A stretch of DNA of 63,199 nucleotides, the filler included, from Octopus bimaculoides (Eukaryota), in assembly GCF_001194135.2 (NCBI RefSeq). It is 5 parts of 4 records of this genome, joined end to end, with 100 filler letters (N's around TTAATTAATTAA, not from the genome) between each part and the next. Parts side by side here need not be neighbours in the genome. Positions count along the whole stretch, not along the records: positions 1 to 12,054 come from NC_068997.1; positions 12,155 to 24,576 come from NC_068982.1; 3 more parts are not named here. One strand, given 5' to 3'. This document shows positions 11,281-22,830 of this stretch, piece by piece (position 1 is the stretch's first letter; each line of letters opens with the position of its first letter). The notes below the pieces were generated by a model. It was not told where the DNA came from. It saw nothing but the letters and a program-made list of their open reading frames with translations, and did not search any database. A program made the position numbers and the translations under genes.

Positions 11281-11484
11281 TTCTACTATAGGCACAAGGC
11301 CTGGATTATGTGAGGAGGGGGACAGTCGATCACATCAATTCCAGTACTCAACTGGTACTTGATTTATCGACCCTGAAAGGATAGAAGTCGACTTCGGCGG
11401 AATTTGAACTCAGAACGTAGCGGCAGATAAAATACAGCTAAGCATTTCGCCCGGCGTGCTTACGATTCTGCCAGCCTACCACCT
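11281..11484 (-). mobile_element. SINE family D, full length
   Basis: CTACTATAGGCACAAGGCCTG...GATTCTGCCAGCCTACCACC. Confidence 0.9.
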
Positions 11485-11521
11485 TAATAATAATGGTATA
11501 ATGATTATAATGATACACGAC

Positions 11522-11668
11522 ATAGGCGCAGTCGTGGCTCTGAGGTAAGAGGTTTGCTTCCCAACCACATGGTTCCGGGTTCAGTCCCACTGCGTGGCAC
11601 CTTGATCAAACATCGGGCCGACAAAAAACCTATGAGTGGATTTAGTAGATGAAAGCAAAAGGAAGTCT
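11522..11668 (+). mobile_element. SINE family B
   Basis: TAGGCGCAGTCGTGGCTCTGAGGTAAG...CCACATGGTTCCGGGTTCAGTCCCACTGCGTGGCACC. Confidence 0.88.
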
Positions 11669-11704
11669 ATTGTATGTGTAAATGTGTGCGTGTATATGCG
11701 TGTA

Positions 11705-11741
<37 letters not shown>

Positions 11742-12009
11742 ATATATATAAATATCCCACGGATATATATATATACAAGTATCTGTCGATGTTTGTACGC
11801 ATTTATTAACCGATCTATTTATCTATCACTGTATGTACATCTATCGATCGATCGATTTATCCACATGTCTATCAAGGTATATAAATGGCGTTATGTTTAT
11901 ACCAGCATGTACTATATCAGTTCTCTCCCTCATCCCCTTCCTCCTTCCTCTCTCTCATTTCCTCTCTCTCTCTCCCTTCCTCTTTCTCCCCTGTCCTCCC
12001 TCCCTTTCA

Positions 12010-12054
<45 letters not shown>

Positions 12055-12327
12055 NNNNNNNNNNNNNNNNNNNNNNNNNNNNNNNNNNNNNNNNNNNNTT
12101 AATTAATTAANNNNNNNNNNNNNNNNNNNNNNNNNNNNNNNNNNNNNNNNNNNNTTTCTAATATCTCTATTATTATTATTACAATTATTTACACTAACAT
12201 TATTTATCAATTCCTCAATTCTACTATTAATATTTACAAAAAATTTATGAATATTTTACAAAAAAATTTCCCTTCTTCCCACAGATATAGTAGAATTTTC
12301 TCTTGTCATACAGTCCGAATTTCTTAC

Positions 12328-12388
12328 TCTACCCTTCCCAATGTAGGTACAATCATAGCTAGGTTAAACAAAAAGAACATCAGGTCAG
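12328..12388 (-). CDS. Candidate exon (T)DLMFFLFNLAMIVPTLGRV(E/D)
   Basis: ttcatttattctag|CTGACC...GTAGA|gtaaga; alternative donor AGG|gtagag at 12333; open hydrophobic frame. Confidence 0.35.
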
Positions 12389-12550
12389 CTAGAATAAATG
12401 AAGTTAAAAATAGTGGATATGGTTATATGAATACAAATAATAATCTAGCAAATACCAATAATGATATTACTAATAATTATATAAATAGAAGTGAAAATAG
12501 AAATTATGAGGATAATAATAATATGCTTAGTCCTGCCAACCATAATTTTG

Positions 12551-12599
<49 letters not shown>

Positions 12600-12792
12600 C
12601 TCAGTTCGAAGACTATACATCCAGTCCATTACTGGAATGTAAAAATCTGTAACACTTTCCAGAAGTTTATCATTTAAATATATATGAGCAAATCTAGATA
12701 TGTAACTATATGCATAAGAATACATACATAAAACAAAACCTACAAATGTGCACACATACATACATACATATCGAGTATGGCCATTGCACGAA

Positions 12793-12975
12793 GCTTAACT
12801 TAACGATGCTGTGATCGAATGTGACTTTTTAGCCCAGCCAAAGATCTACAATGTCTTGCACAGAGTTGACATCCAAAACCTTTACTGGCAATAGCTGGCT
12901 GTTGTTGTAATTGGGTTCCATGTACCTTTGCGTGTTGTTTAAGTCCTCCTGCTGAATCACACTCCCTTCCACATG
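12793..12975 (-). mobile_element. RTE-type LINE 3' end with C2H2 zinc-finger-like tail
   Basis: CGRECDSAGGLKQHAKVH and FGCQLCARHCRSLAGLKSHIRSQHR* resemble the C-terminal C2H2 motifs of RTE ORFs. Confidence 0.7.
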
Positions 12976-13044
12976 CATACATACATACATACATACATAC
13001 ATACATACATACATACATACATACATACATACATACATACATAC

Positions 13045-13152
13045 CCCGTTGTTGATGTTGAAATTCCAATGAGGGAGCATTGAATCTAGGTTGAAAACTG
13101 GTTCTTTATTGGCAAGAAATCTTGAAATAAAACTGAACAATGACATACATAC
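13045..13152 (+). mobile_element. Short interspersed repeat family G
   Basis: TTGAAATTCCAATGAGGGAGCATTGAATCTAGGTT...GGCAAGAAATCTTGAAA...AACAATGACATACAT; second copy at about 32715-32822. Confidence 0.8.
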
Positions 13153-13375
13153 CAAATCGACTATACTGGCTATCGCGTGCTTGAGCAGCAAACTTCTCTC
13201 CACACAGCTATACACACACACACACACAGATACACACACACACACACACGCACACACACGCACGCACGAACGCGCGCACACACGTACGCAGACATACACG
13301 CACATGCGTGTGTATGCTGTGTGTGTGTGTTTTTGCATGCGTGCGTGTATGCGTGTGTGTGTATGTGTGTGTGTA

Positions 13376-13492
<117 letters not shown>

Positions 13493-13790
13493 GGATCGCT
13501 TTGCAACCAAGTGGTTTTCGGTTCAGTCCCAGTACTTGGCCTCTTGATCAAGTGTCTATTACAATAGTTCCAGGCTGATCAATATCTCGCGGGTGAATTC
13601 GCTAGACTGGACCGCGTCGTATTCATGTGCGTGTTTATATGTTCCTGTTTGCCTTACCAGCACAGCTTGACAACCATCGTTGTTCTGTTTACGTTTCCGT
13701 AGCTAATCGGTTCAGCACACAGTACCGGTTGAACACGTACCAAACTTCAAAAATTGATACTGGGGTCGATTTGTTAGACTAAAAAAAACA

Positions 13791-13842
<52 letters not shown>

Positions 13843-14479
13843 NNNNNNNNNNNNNNNNNNNNNNNNNNNNNNNNNNNNNNNNNCACACATGGTCACACAC
13901 ACACACACACATGGTCACACACACACACACACATGGTCACACACACATGCACACATAAACACATATACACACACTTGTTATTTGACTCCTATATATGTAA
14001 AAATAGCTGTTATAGAATTATTTTGACTGAACGAACGACTTCAGGTTTAGCATGAACTTCATTATATCTGCCTATTATATTATATTATATGAAGCCGTCA
14101 TAATATGTAGCATCCACGCTCAGATCTAAAATCATTCTACCCTGATCACCGAATGTGCTCTTCGTACAAGGGACATAACTCAAAATATTTGTTACCTCCC
14201 TTGGAAAGTGTTTATCGTAATATTATCTCCCTTGGATATTTTTCTAGCTTAAATTGAAAATACGATATGAAATTATATTCGGTTACTTTTTGTTATATTT
14301 TATTTCATTTTATTTATTTATTTGGTTGAAATATTTTAAGTTTAAAAAAAGTCTCTGCCTTCAACCTTCACTGACTCTGAAACTAGTCTCCTTGACGTGG
14401 CTAATGCTGCAAGTTGACGTCGGTGGGGAAGGAAAGTATGGGCGAGGAAAGAACCCTTGAGAATCGACGTCTCGATGAG

Positions 14480-15815
14480 GAATGGCTGTGAAAGTGGTCA
14501 GTGTAAATCTGGCAGAAGAATGGGAGTCGAGAATACATTTGTATGAAGTCGTGTTTTGGAGAGACATCTGGTGCAAAGACAAGGAGCACAACAAGGATGC
14601 TGAATGGTTGCAAGAACTGAAGCAAAAAGTAGTCTGTCCAAAACAGGCAAAACTAGTCATTTCGGTTAGGGAAGTGAAGGAAATCAGCAAAAAATGAGCA
14701 ACTGGAAGGTCCCGGGACCACATGGAGTTCAAGGCTATTGGATCAAAAGATTTGGTGAATGTCATGCACGAATAGCTGCGCAACTCAACACCTAGTTCAA
14801 TGGCGACCAAGTAAAACCAGAGAAGTTGACATTGGGTAAGATAGTGCTGTGCCTGAAAAAACATCGAAAAAGGCAATACGGTAGACAATTACAGGCCGAT
14901 ATTCTGTTTGGAACTTATGTGGAAGTTATTGACTGGAATACTCGCAGAGTCAATATACGAACATCTGGAAAAAAATGGAGTCCTGCCACATGAGCAGAAG
15001 GGCTGCAAGCGTAAGTGCAGAGGTTCCAAGGATCAACTCCTGATAGACAAAACTGTACTTAGAGACTGCAAGAGGAGGAAAAGTAACTTAGCCAAGTCAT
15101 GGATCGACTACTGTAAAGTGTACGATATGATCCCAAATTCTTGTATTATGGAATGTATGAACCTATATTGTATTGCATCGAATGTTAAGCGATTGCCTGG
15201 AAAAAGTATGGCGAATTGGAGGACGAACCTGACAGCATATGGAAGAAGTTTAGGGACAGTAGAAATTAGGAGGGGCATCTTCCAAGGGGACTGCTTGTCC
15301 CCACTGATCTTTGTACTGTGCTTGATACCAGTAACACTGATTCTGAGGAAAGCAAAGGCTGGGTATGAATTCAAAAAGTCAATCATTTGTTATTCATAGA
15401 TGACCTCAAACTTTATGGTAAAGATGAAGCCCAAGTCAGTTCCCTCGTTGATACGGTGTATACCTTCAGTACTGATATCAGAATGGAGTTCGAACTGAGA
15501 AAGTGTGGTGTATCCTGAAGAGAGGCAAAATCAAATGTATGGACGGGCTAACGATACCGTTGGGGGAGGTTATGAAGCAGATAGAAGAGACGGGCAATAA
15601 GTACTTGGGGATTTGGGAAATGGATAAATTGATGGAGAAAGAAATGACAGAAAAATTAAAGGTGGAGCGCTTGCGCAGACTGAGACTGTTCCTTAAGTCG
15701 AAATTAAACGGACGGAATAAGATTGAAGCTATCAACACCTGGGCGGTTTTACTCCTAAGATATGGAGCAGGGATAATCGCATGTACAGTAGACGAACTAA
15801 ACAACTTAGACTACT
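14480..15815 (+). mobile_element. R4/Dong-clade non-LTR retrotransposon reverse-transcriptase fragment (frameshifted)
   Basis: [83 protein letters not shown]; frameshifts near 15380 and 15510. Confidence 0.9.
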
Positions 15816-15850
15816 AACCCCAAGATTCCGAGTTTGATTCCAAGCAGTGG

Positions 15851-15854
<4 letters not shown>

Positions 15855-15919
<65 letters not shown>

Positions 15920-15938
15920 TAATAATAATAATAATAAA
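15855..15938. repeat. (AAT)n microsatellite
   Basis: Directly visible. Confidence 0.97.
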
Positions 15939-15988
15939 CATCGAAAAATACCTTAGGAATGAGAACCCAGGTTCGAAATTTCCCCCAA

Positions 15989-16034
15989 GACACCTGATGA
16001 AGGCTGGAGGGTATATCAGCCGAAACGTTGTGTT
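15989..16034 (+). ncRNA. Minimal type-I hammerhead ribozyme, intact core
   Basis: Stem I GACAC/GTGTT; core CTGATGA(A); stem II GGCTG/CAGCC with 10-nt loop; GAAA; palindromic stem III ACGT; predicted cleavage after GUU (16029). Confidence 0.8.
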
Positions 16035-16226
16035 AACAAACATGCTGTAACACTCAGAAGGTAGAGATTCATTGTTATAAACAATAAAATACTATATAAG
16101 GAATAAAAGTGTTTTGGTGTTGGTTTGCAACATTCTGTACAAATCATAACTTTCAATGTAAATGAAACCCAGTATGATTTGATTAAGAATGTAAAGGAGT
16201 AAGGTGAAATAATCCAATATACTTAC

Positions 16227-16331
16227 TCCAGCCAGCTTCCAACAACTCTCCACCCATCTTGTCATACTCAAATATTGATTTTTTTTTAGATGGACACAAA
16301 GCCACAGTTTGTAAAAGAAGAGCATTGTCGG
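16227..16331 (-). CDS. Candidate exon (A)DNALLLQTVALCPSKKKSIFEYDKMGGELLEAGW (105 nt, phase 1-1)
   Basis: Strong donor GGA|gtaagt, weaker acceptor tcagtttag|; open; joins in frame to 12388 (GW-T-DLMF). Confidence 0.35.
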
Positions 16332-17026
16332 CTAAACTGACACTACTTCGTCGCTAGTATTTCTAATATCACGTCCAGTTAATATAAAACACAAGCTCAG
16401 CTTCTGATCTACGGTTCCGCTCAACTCTCTACAACTGTTAATACAAGGTTTCAAATTTATAAGTAGAAAGGCAGAGTCGATTAAAACGACTACTTGAATA
16501 GTATTTTATTTTATCGATCTCCATCTCACGGAAATATGAAAGGTAAAGTTGATCTAGGCGGTATTTGATTAAAAAAAAAAACATCAGCCATGGACTCAGA
16601 TAATACGATATCTTTCCAAACACTCGAGGTGTGTAGCACGAGTTATAACAACTGCATTTGATGCACTCAAAGTGACGGTTGACTGAATGTAATGTTTATT
16701 TCTCTTTTTTTCTTCGTTTCTTTGTTTCTTTTCATTTAGGTGTTTGTGTGATTGTTGCATTGCCGACACGTATTTGAAATAATTCTAAAAGACTTGTTGC
16801 CGACAGACATAATCATATCCACACATACACGCACGCACGCGCGCACTACCACCCCTCCCCACACACATACACACACACACAGCGCGCGTACAAAAGCATA
16901 CACAAAGATGAACGCATACACATACATATACACGAACATGCAAACATGCTCACAGCTTTCTATTGAAATTAAAATTACATCAGTAAAGTTTATTCAGTGT
17001 AATTCAACAACATAAAATTAGCCATC

Positions 17027-17027
<1 letters not shown>

Positions 17028-17079
<52 letters not shown>

Positions 17080-17083
17080 GCTG

Positions 17084-17115
<32 letters not shown>

Positions 17116-17130
17116 GCTGCTGCTGCTACT
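17028..17130. repeat. (CTA)n/(CTG)n microsatellite
   Basis: Directly visible. Confidence 0.95.
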
Positions 17131-17440
17131 AACTATACGTTGATACTTTAGTTTTTAAGCCCGTTAGGCGCAGTGAAACGAAAGGCGGTCGATATCCGAA
17201 GCGGTTTCGATTCAAAATTTGAACTAGCTTAAATCAATCAATCTCATCACATATATGAAGAAAATGTGAACGTTATACAAAGTAACCTTTGTGTAGTCAC
17301 TTGTTCCGCAAGAAATAGCAGCCAAATCTTCTCTCAAGTCAGACCTTAGGCACACTGAATAATGTAGCTCTCACTTTTCTCTCCCTCTCCCTCCCTTTCT
17401 CTCTGTCTCTCTCACTCTGACACACACACTGTCTCTCTCT

Positions 17441-17472
<32 letters not shown>

Positions 17473-17511
17473 TTATCCTCTACTTCTACCTTACCTGTTT
17501 ATGTGTTTAAC

Positions 17512-17590
17512 ATTTACCTGAAAACGACGGGGTTTTGGCATGATGTACTCTAAGAATGCATCATAAAATGTCGTCGAAACAGTTGTGAAT
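17512..17590 (+). ncRNA. Hammerhead-like motif with long stem II and a core substitution (CTGAAAA instead of CTGANGA)
   Basis: Stem I ATTTAC/GTGAAT; stem II GACGG/TCGTC extended by TTTT/AAAA and TGATGTA/TGCATCA; GAAACAGTT. Confidence 0.55.
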
Positions 17591-17643
17591 TTTGAACCCC
17601 ACTCGTGTTCTTCTTTATATATATATAGAGAGAGAGAGAGAGA

Positions 17644-18360
17644 GGGTGGATGAAAAGTACGTAGACATTAAAAATTGATAATGAAATCCATATTCCTTTT
17701 ACAAAATTATTGAAAAAATTATACATGTTCTTTATTACATGGAAAAATGAAAGTAAATCTTCATATAAGTAGTTTCCTCAAACGGCCAGGGATGAAATGA
17801 ACAACCTTCTGAAGGACGTTGTCTGAGATATCATTGAGAACTTCCTGAATCTGTGTCTCCAAGTCCTCCAGTGTGCTAAGTTTTGTCTTGTACACCTCTT
17901 TTGTGTAATCCCACAGGTAAAAATCACATGAAGTGACATCTGAATTTCTTGGAGTTCTGGACTTTTGCGGTCGCAGTCTTCAAGTTTTAGCTCCTGCTCG
18001 TAATGGGGTTTCTACGAACGAACATTAAATTCTTTATGCAACACCGTACATATTGTGTGTCTTGTTAGTCCACATTCACGAGCTGCTTGACGTATTGACT
18101 TTTGCGCGCTGCGATTAAACATTCACGAAACTATTGCTACGTTCTCCGCTGATCGGGATGTGGTTGGACGGCCACTTCTTGCATCGTTCACAGAGCCCGT
18201 GGTCATCAGTTTTGCATAACAACTTTTTATTGTCTCCAGACATAGTGTTGCATACTTACCTTTCCATGCACGCCACCGTCTCTGAACCAAAACAATGGAA
18301 TTCCACACTTCATATCATGCTGCTACCGTTTCTGAACAATCAAGCGACAGGCCATCTGGA
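17644..18360 (-). mobile_element. Internally deleted Tc1/mariner-superfamily transposon
   Basis: Minus: GSVNDARSGRPTTSRSAENVAIVS...KSIRQAARECGLTRHT (HTH region) fused to SDVTSCDFYLWDYTKEVYKTK...LEDLETQIQEVLNDI (SPDL/CDFYLW-like C-terminus); DDD core absent. Confidence 0.85.
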
Positions 18361-18424
18361 AAATAAGAAATAAGAAACAAGACAATAAGAAAATAAAAAA
18401 TCCCCGTTAGTGTTGTCTGTTTAA

Positions 18425-18720
18425 AAAATGTTTTCTCTGCGCCTTGTTGATTGTCATGGGAATGCAGAGTTTGATGGGAAATTGCATCTGTTTAAATTTG
18501 TAGGTCGTATCGGAGTGGGTAAGGGACATGGGATTTTATAAGTATGTCTTAGCTAGCGGCCGGTTCATTCAAGATTGTTGCCTACAGAACTCGGGAGCAC
18601 AATTTTTTGATAATCATCCGCGTACCATTGCACATTATTGCAGCATCTAAATTCCTTAGCAGCATGATTGGCGCACCAACTTTCAGATGCAGTTAGTAAG
18701 CTGGTAATTCTGCGGGTCCC
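18425..18720 (-). mobile_element. Helitron PIF1-helicase fragment (pseudogenised)
   Basis: LHLKVGAPIMLLRNLDAAIMCNGTRMIIKKL...; after a frameshift FKQMQFPIKLCIPMTINKAQ, matching Helitron helicase C-terminal motifs. Confidence 0.9.
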
Positions 18721-19929
18721 CCCTGTTGTCAGATTTGTCATGGGCCGGCCGGTCTATCTCAGATACATAGGAAGCTGGATTAAATTTTTCATCAACACAG
18801 GGGAGCCGAAATAATTTTTTTCAATGTCCAAGGGAAGCCAAATCGCGAAAAAGGTTGAGAAATGCTGATCTATAACGATGGTTTTTATTTAGGCACATCG
18901 TAAAAGTAATTATAATGAATTGCTTAATATAAAGAATAGTATGTTTTTTCAAGCAAATACAGTTAGAAAAAATATTTACCATTTCAAGTCATCACTAAAA
19001 GCAAAGCTCATCAATTTTGAAATGAAATAATAATGTTATTCTTTTATTCTAAGTTGTAAATTTTGCCCGAGAAATAAAGCAAATAATCACCAAACGCATT
19101 GTTAAAAATGTGCACCTCGATAGCAAATATCTCCAAATTGATTGAAATGTGTCTGCGGCGAGTATGTGCATTCTCTGTCTATGATATCAGCAAAAGTTTT
19201 CTTGCAGGACTGCTTTTTGTGGGAAAATGCCTTGAAGGGGTGTCAGACGTTGTTGTCGCAGGCATTTGCTAAGATTAGCCAGAACGACGACAATGTTGCA
19301 TACTGGCGCGTTGCGTATGACGATTTTCTCTATTAACTTCGTGACCAACCTGGGGCCGAACAGGGGCAAGTTGTGTCTGACAAGGGCGCAGAGAGCATGA
19401 GCTGACATCCGATGTACACAGAGTCGGGGAAAAGAGTTGAGCGGGCACAGACATGAGAAAACGACTCTAAAGGCATCATGTTTTGGTGAACGTGTGAAAG
19501 TGGGTGCAGGCGTGCAGGTTTGTATATGAGAAAAAGTTTTGTTTTGTTTTACAAACAAAATACAGTGCAGTGCATAAATGGGTGAGCGTACGAAGAAAGA
19601 AATTGCAGACATTCAAAAGAATATTTAGCAGAAACCATGTAATAAAAACAGGTGAACAATGCGTGTGCATGATATGTGCAATACCAGTGACCAACGAGAA
19701 AAAAAACATAAGAAAACTATAGAACATTCTAAAACATATGCAGATGTAACGTGTAGATGTAACGCTTAAAGGTCTCGCGTCGGAGATCCCTACAAACTGA
19801 ACTCAGAACCGTGTGGTTGAGAATCAAGTTTCTTACCACACAACCACGCCTGCGCCTACATAGTGTACGTAAAATTCCAAATGATAATACGCGGCTAAGT
19901 TGCTGGTGTCTTAGTTTATCTAACGAGGG

Positions 19930-20200
19930 TCTGGTGTTACTAGAACAAAGAGAATCTCAGAATACATGCAAAGCATATGGAAACTACACCAACTTCACTT
20001 CAATTGACTGCAAAAGATATTGGTAAAGAGTTGGCACTTACAGAGGAAGATCTGCAAATGTTTTGCTGATAATAGCCCTAATCGTGAACGTAACATCAAA
20101 AATTAAAAGAGGAGTTTACAATGAGCTCAATCGCTACTCTGAGTCGTACAAAGAGTTGATGCGCTATAAACATCAAGCAATTTTGGATAAGTTCTTCGCC
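19930..20200 (+). mobile_element. Tigger/pogo transposase C-terminal remnant
   Basis: LTAKDIGKELALTEEDLQMF.DNSPNRERNI..KIKRGVYNELNRYSESYKELMRYKHQAILDKFF resembles Tigger C-termini. Confidence 0.7.
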
Positions 20201-20925
20201 TCTCCAATGGATGTTGATGATAACAAACAGTAGTATGGATATTCTCTCTCATCCACCCAGTAACTTTCATTTAATTACCACTACCATGACCCCCACCAGT
20301 CCCTACCTAGTAGCAATCGATCGAATCGATTCCACCCTATTCCTAATTTGGTGTCCATTTGACCACTTACCCATACACCGACAAACAAGAAAGACAACTC
20401 CAAACATGAACGAGCCAGTTCCTTACTGGGTTACTTCCCTTACATTATATACATATCACCCATTACGTTAAGGGAGGTAACAATTCTAATTATAATAACA
20501 TTTACATATTTAAATGAATTTACTACTAAGATTTTCAACCGAAAAGTTATATTAGACACTACAGAAAAAAAAAATAAACAAAAGAAAAGAAAAATAATTT
20601 CATCGTGGCATATATTTCAATCGTGACGCAATTTCGCAGTGATTTATTCCCCTCTGGACCAAATTTAGTTCAATTATGTCCCTTTAGAAATTCAATGAAT
20701 GCTTTACAATTTATACAGGGGCGTAAATACAGCAACACTGTTTATCAAGTGATAGTGGGAAACAAACACACACACACACACACACATATACATTAATAAT
20801 AATGAAATTATTGTGTATAGTGCTCAGGTGCACTACAGCTCATCAAAGGTGCATGTACAGTACATAGAATTATGTACAAAAGTCAGCAAAGTGATATATA
20901 CATATGTATGTATGTATGTATGTAT

Positions 20926-21219
20926 GGTGAAGGCACGTGGCTCAGTGCTTAGGGTATTTGTCTTGCGGTAGTGCGTTGTGTCTTTGAGCAAGACGTTTTA
21001 CTTACTCCAGTCCACTCAGCAGGAAAAAATGAGTAGTATCTGTATTTCAAAGGGTCAGCCTTGTCACATCTTATGTCACACTGAATCTCTCTGAGAACTA
21101 CGTTAAGGGTACATGTGTCTGTGGAATGCTCAGCCACTTGCACGTTAATTCACATGAAGGCTGTTCTAGTGGTTAGATCAACTGGAACCTTTGTCGTCAT
21201 AACCGACAGTGTGCCAGTT
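20926..21219 (+). mobile_element. SINE family A
   Basis: GGTGAAGGCACGTGGCTCAGTGCTTAGGG...CTCAGCCACTTGCACGTTAATT...GTGCCAGTT. Confidence 0.88.
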
Positions 21220-21220
21220 A

Positions 21221-21260
<40 letters not shown>

Positions 21261-21279
21261 NNNNNNNNNNTATACATAC

Positions 21280-21324
<45 letters not shown>

Positions 21325-21327
<3 letters not shown>

Positions 21328-21480
21328 TCATCATCATCATAATCATCATTTAACGTCCGTTCTCCATGCTGGCATGGGTTGGACGGTTTCACCAGTGGTG
21401 GCAAGCTGGAAGGCAGTTTCTTCAGCTTGATGCCCTTCCTGACGCCAATCACTCTGAGAGTGTAATGGGTGCTTTTACAT
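21325..21480 (-). mobile_element. SINE/LINE-tail family F with (GAT)n tail
   Basis: CATCATTTAACGTCCGT...CCATGCTGGCATGGGTTGGACGG...GATGCCCTTCCTGACGCCAATC; copies at about 24270 and 32400. Confidence 0.8.
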
Positions 21481-21523
21481 CCCAGTATATATATGAATAT
21501 ATATACATGTATATACATATATG

Positions 21524-21685
21524 CAATGGGCTTCTTTCAGTTTCCCTCTGCCAAATCCACTCACGAGGCCTTGGTTGACCTGAGGGTGTAGTAGAAGACA
21601 CTTTCCCAAAGTGTCACACAGTGGGACTAAACCCTGAACTATGTGATTGGGAAGCAAGCTTCTTACAACACAGCCATACCTGTGC
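21524..21685 (-). mobile_element. SINE family B
   Basis: GGGCTTCTTTCAGTTTCC...AAATCCACTCAC...GGGAAGCAAGCTTCTTACAACACAGCCA. Confidence 0.88.
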
Positions 21686-22214
21686 TTGTCTTAATTTTCT
21701 TAAATATGGTAATCTGTTGGTCATCTATTCAGTCTTCATAGCTCCACCCACCATCAAGGGCAGGTTTTTTGTGAATTGGTCTGAATTATAGTTAACTTCA
21801 TCCAATCAATCCAATGCACTGAACTGCAAGAATTGTAAACCTATCAAACAAAATTCTTAGTGGCATTTTTTCTGGTTATAACTTCTGAGTACAAATGCTG
21901 TTGAGGTCAAGTTTGCTTTTCATCCTTTGAGGTTTGATTAAAGGAATGCTAGTCAGCCCCTGGGGGTTGATGTAATCGGCTAGCCATTTCTGCAAAAATT
22001 TCAGGCCTTATGCCTATAACAGAAAGAATTGTTTTAATCTAACCAATCCTCAAGGCTTCAGAGGGCTGTAAGTGCACAGAAAGAATTGCAGCTTCACCTC
22101 CAATTTCCCAAGTTCCAGCTGATCCAGTACAGTATTTGAGATTTGTCTCATTATTATGTATTGTTTCAATAAACAGATACTTACCACACAGCCACTCCTA
22201 CGCCTATATATATA

Positions 22215-22469
22215 TGTTTTCCAAAAAGTATAGTGTCCATCACAGCTGATCTTACCAATCGGTTTTGCATAAAGAATACAATGGAGTGTTAGGTAAAAAT
22301 CCAATCTTATAACTTTACGCTCGTCAGAGTTAACTGACATGGAAGGGAATATAGCAACACCATATTCCATTTACATGAAACCAATTAGTATTCTTTACTA
22401 ATTAGTAATTCTTACCAATTAGTAAGATCAGATGTGATGGATATTTGATACTATACTTTTCGGATAACA
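22215..22469. mobile_element. MITE-like element with about 45-bp imperfect TIRs flanked by TA
   Basis: TGTTTTCCAAAAAGTATAGTGTCCATCACAGCTGATCTTACCAAT versus the reverse complement of ATTAGTAAGATCAGATGTGATGGA(+8)ACTATACTTTTCGGATAACA; TA at 22213-14 and 22470-71. Confidence 0.65.
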
Positions 22470-22590
22470 TACCCACTCTACTGACAGATTATACGAGTGC
22501 ATCTTTTCCCTGACTTAAGATCTCTTAGATGACTCACGCATGTGTGTGTGTGTGCATGTGTGTGTATATGTGTGCATGCGTGTGTGTGTG

Positions 22591-22640
<50 letters not shown>

Positions 22641-22649
22641 TTTGTCTGT

Positions 22650-22830
22650 GTTTGTCTCCCCATCATTGCTTGACAACCAATGTTGGTCGTTTATATGCCC
22701 GTGACTTAGCAGTTCAGCAAAAGATACTGATAGAATAAGTCATGGGGTTGATTTCGTTGATTCAAACCCTTTAAGGCAGAGCTCCAGCATGGCCACAATC
22801 AAATGACTGAAACCAGTAAAAGAATAAAAA
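22650..22830 (+). mobile_element. SINE-like family C
   Basis: TTGCTTGACAACCAATGTTGG...CTCCAGCATGGCCACAATCAAATGACTGAAACCAGTAAAAGAATAAAA. Confidence 0.85.

Noticed and set aside
12099-12110. TTAATTAATTAA inside N-gaps (also 24621-32, 32636-47, 39236-47)
   Set aside because: Identical 12-mer centred in 100-bp gaps (44 N on each side) with stops in all six frames; an assembly spacer, not biology.
12247-12642. 131-aa Asn-rich ORF
   Set aside because: Low-complexity AT-rich sequence ending in (TA)n; antisense to a better exon candidate.
12800-13069. C2H2 zinc-finger gene
   Set aside because: The two fingers sit at an RTE LINE 3' end; the ORF start is a (TATG)n microsatellite.
22184-22208. Strong minus-strand donor GTG|gtaagta (similarly gg|gtaagt near 20365)
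   Set aside because: The first is the head of a truncated SINE-B (GGCGTAGGAGTGGCTGTGTGGTAAG); the second has no credible acceptor.
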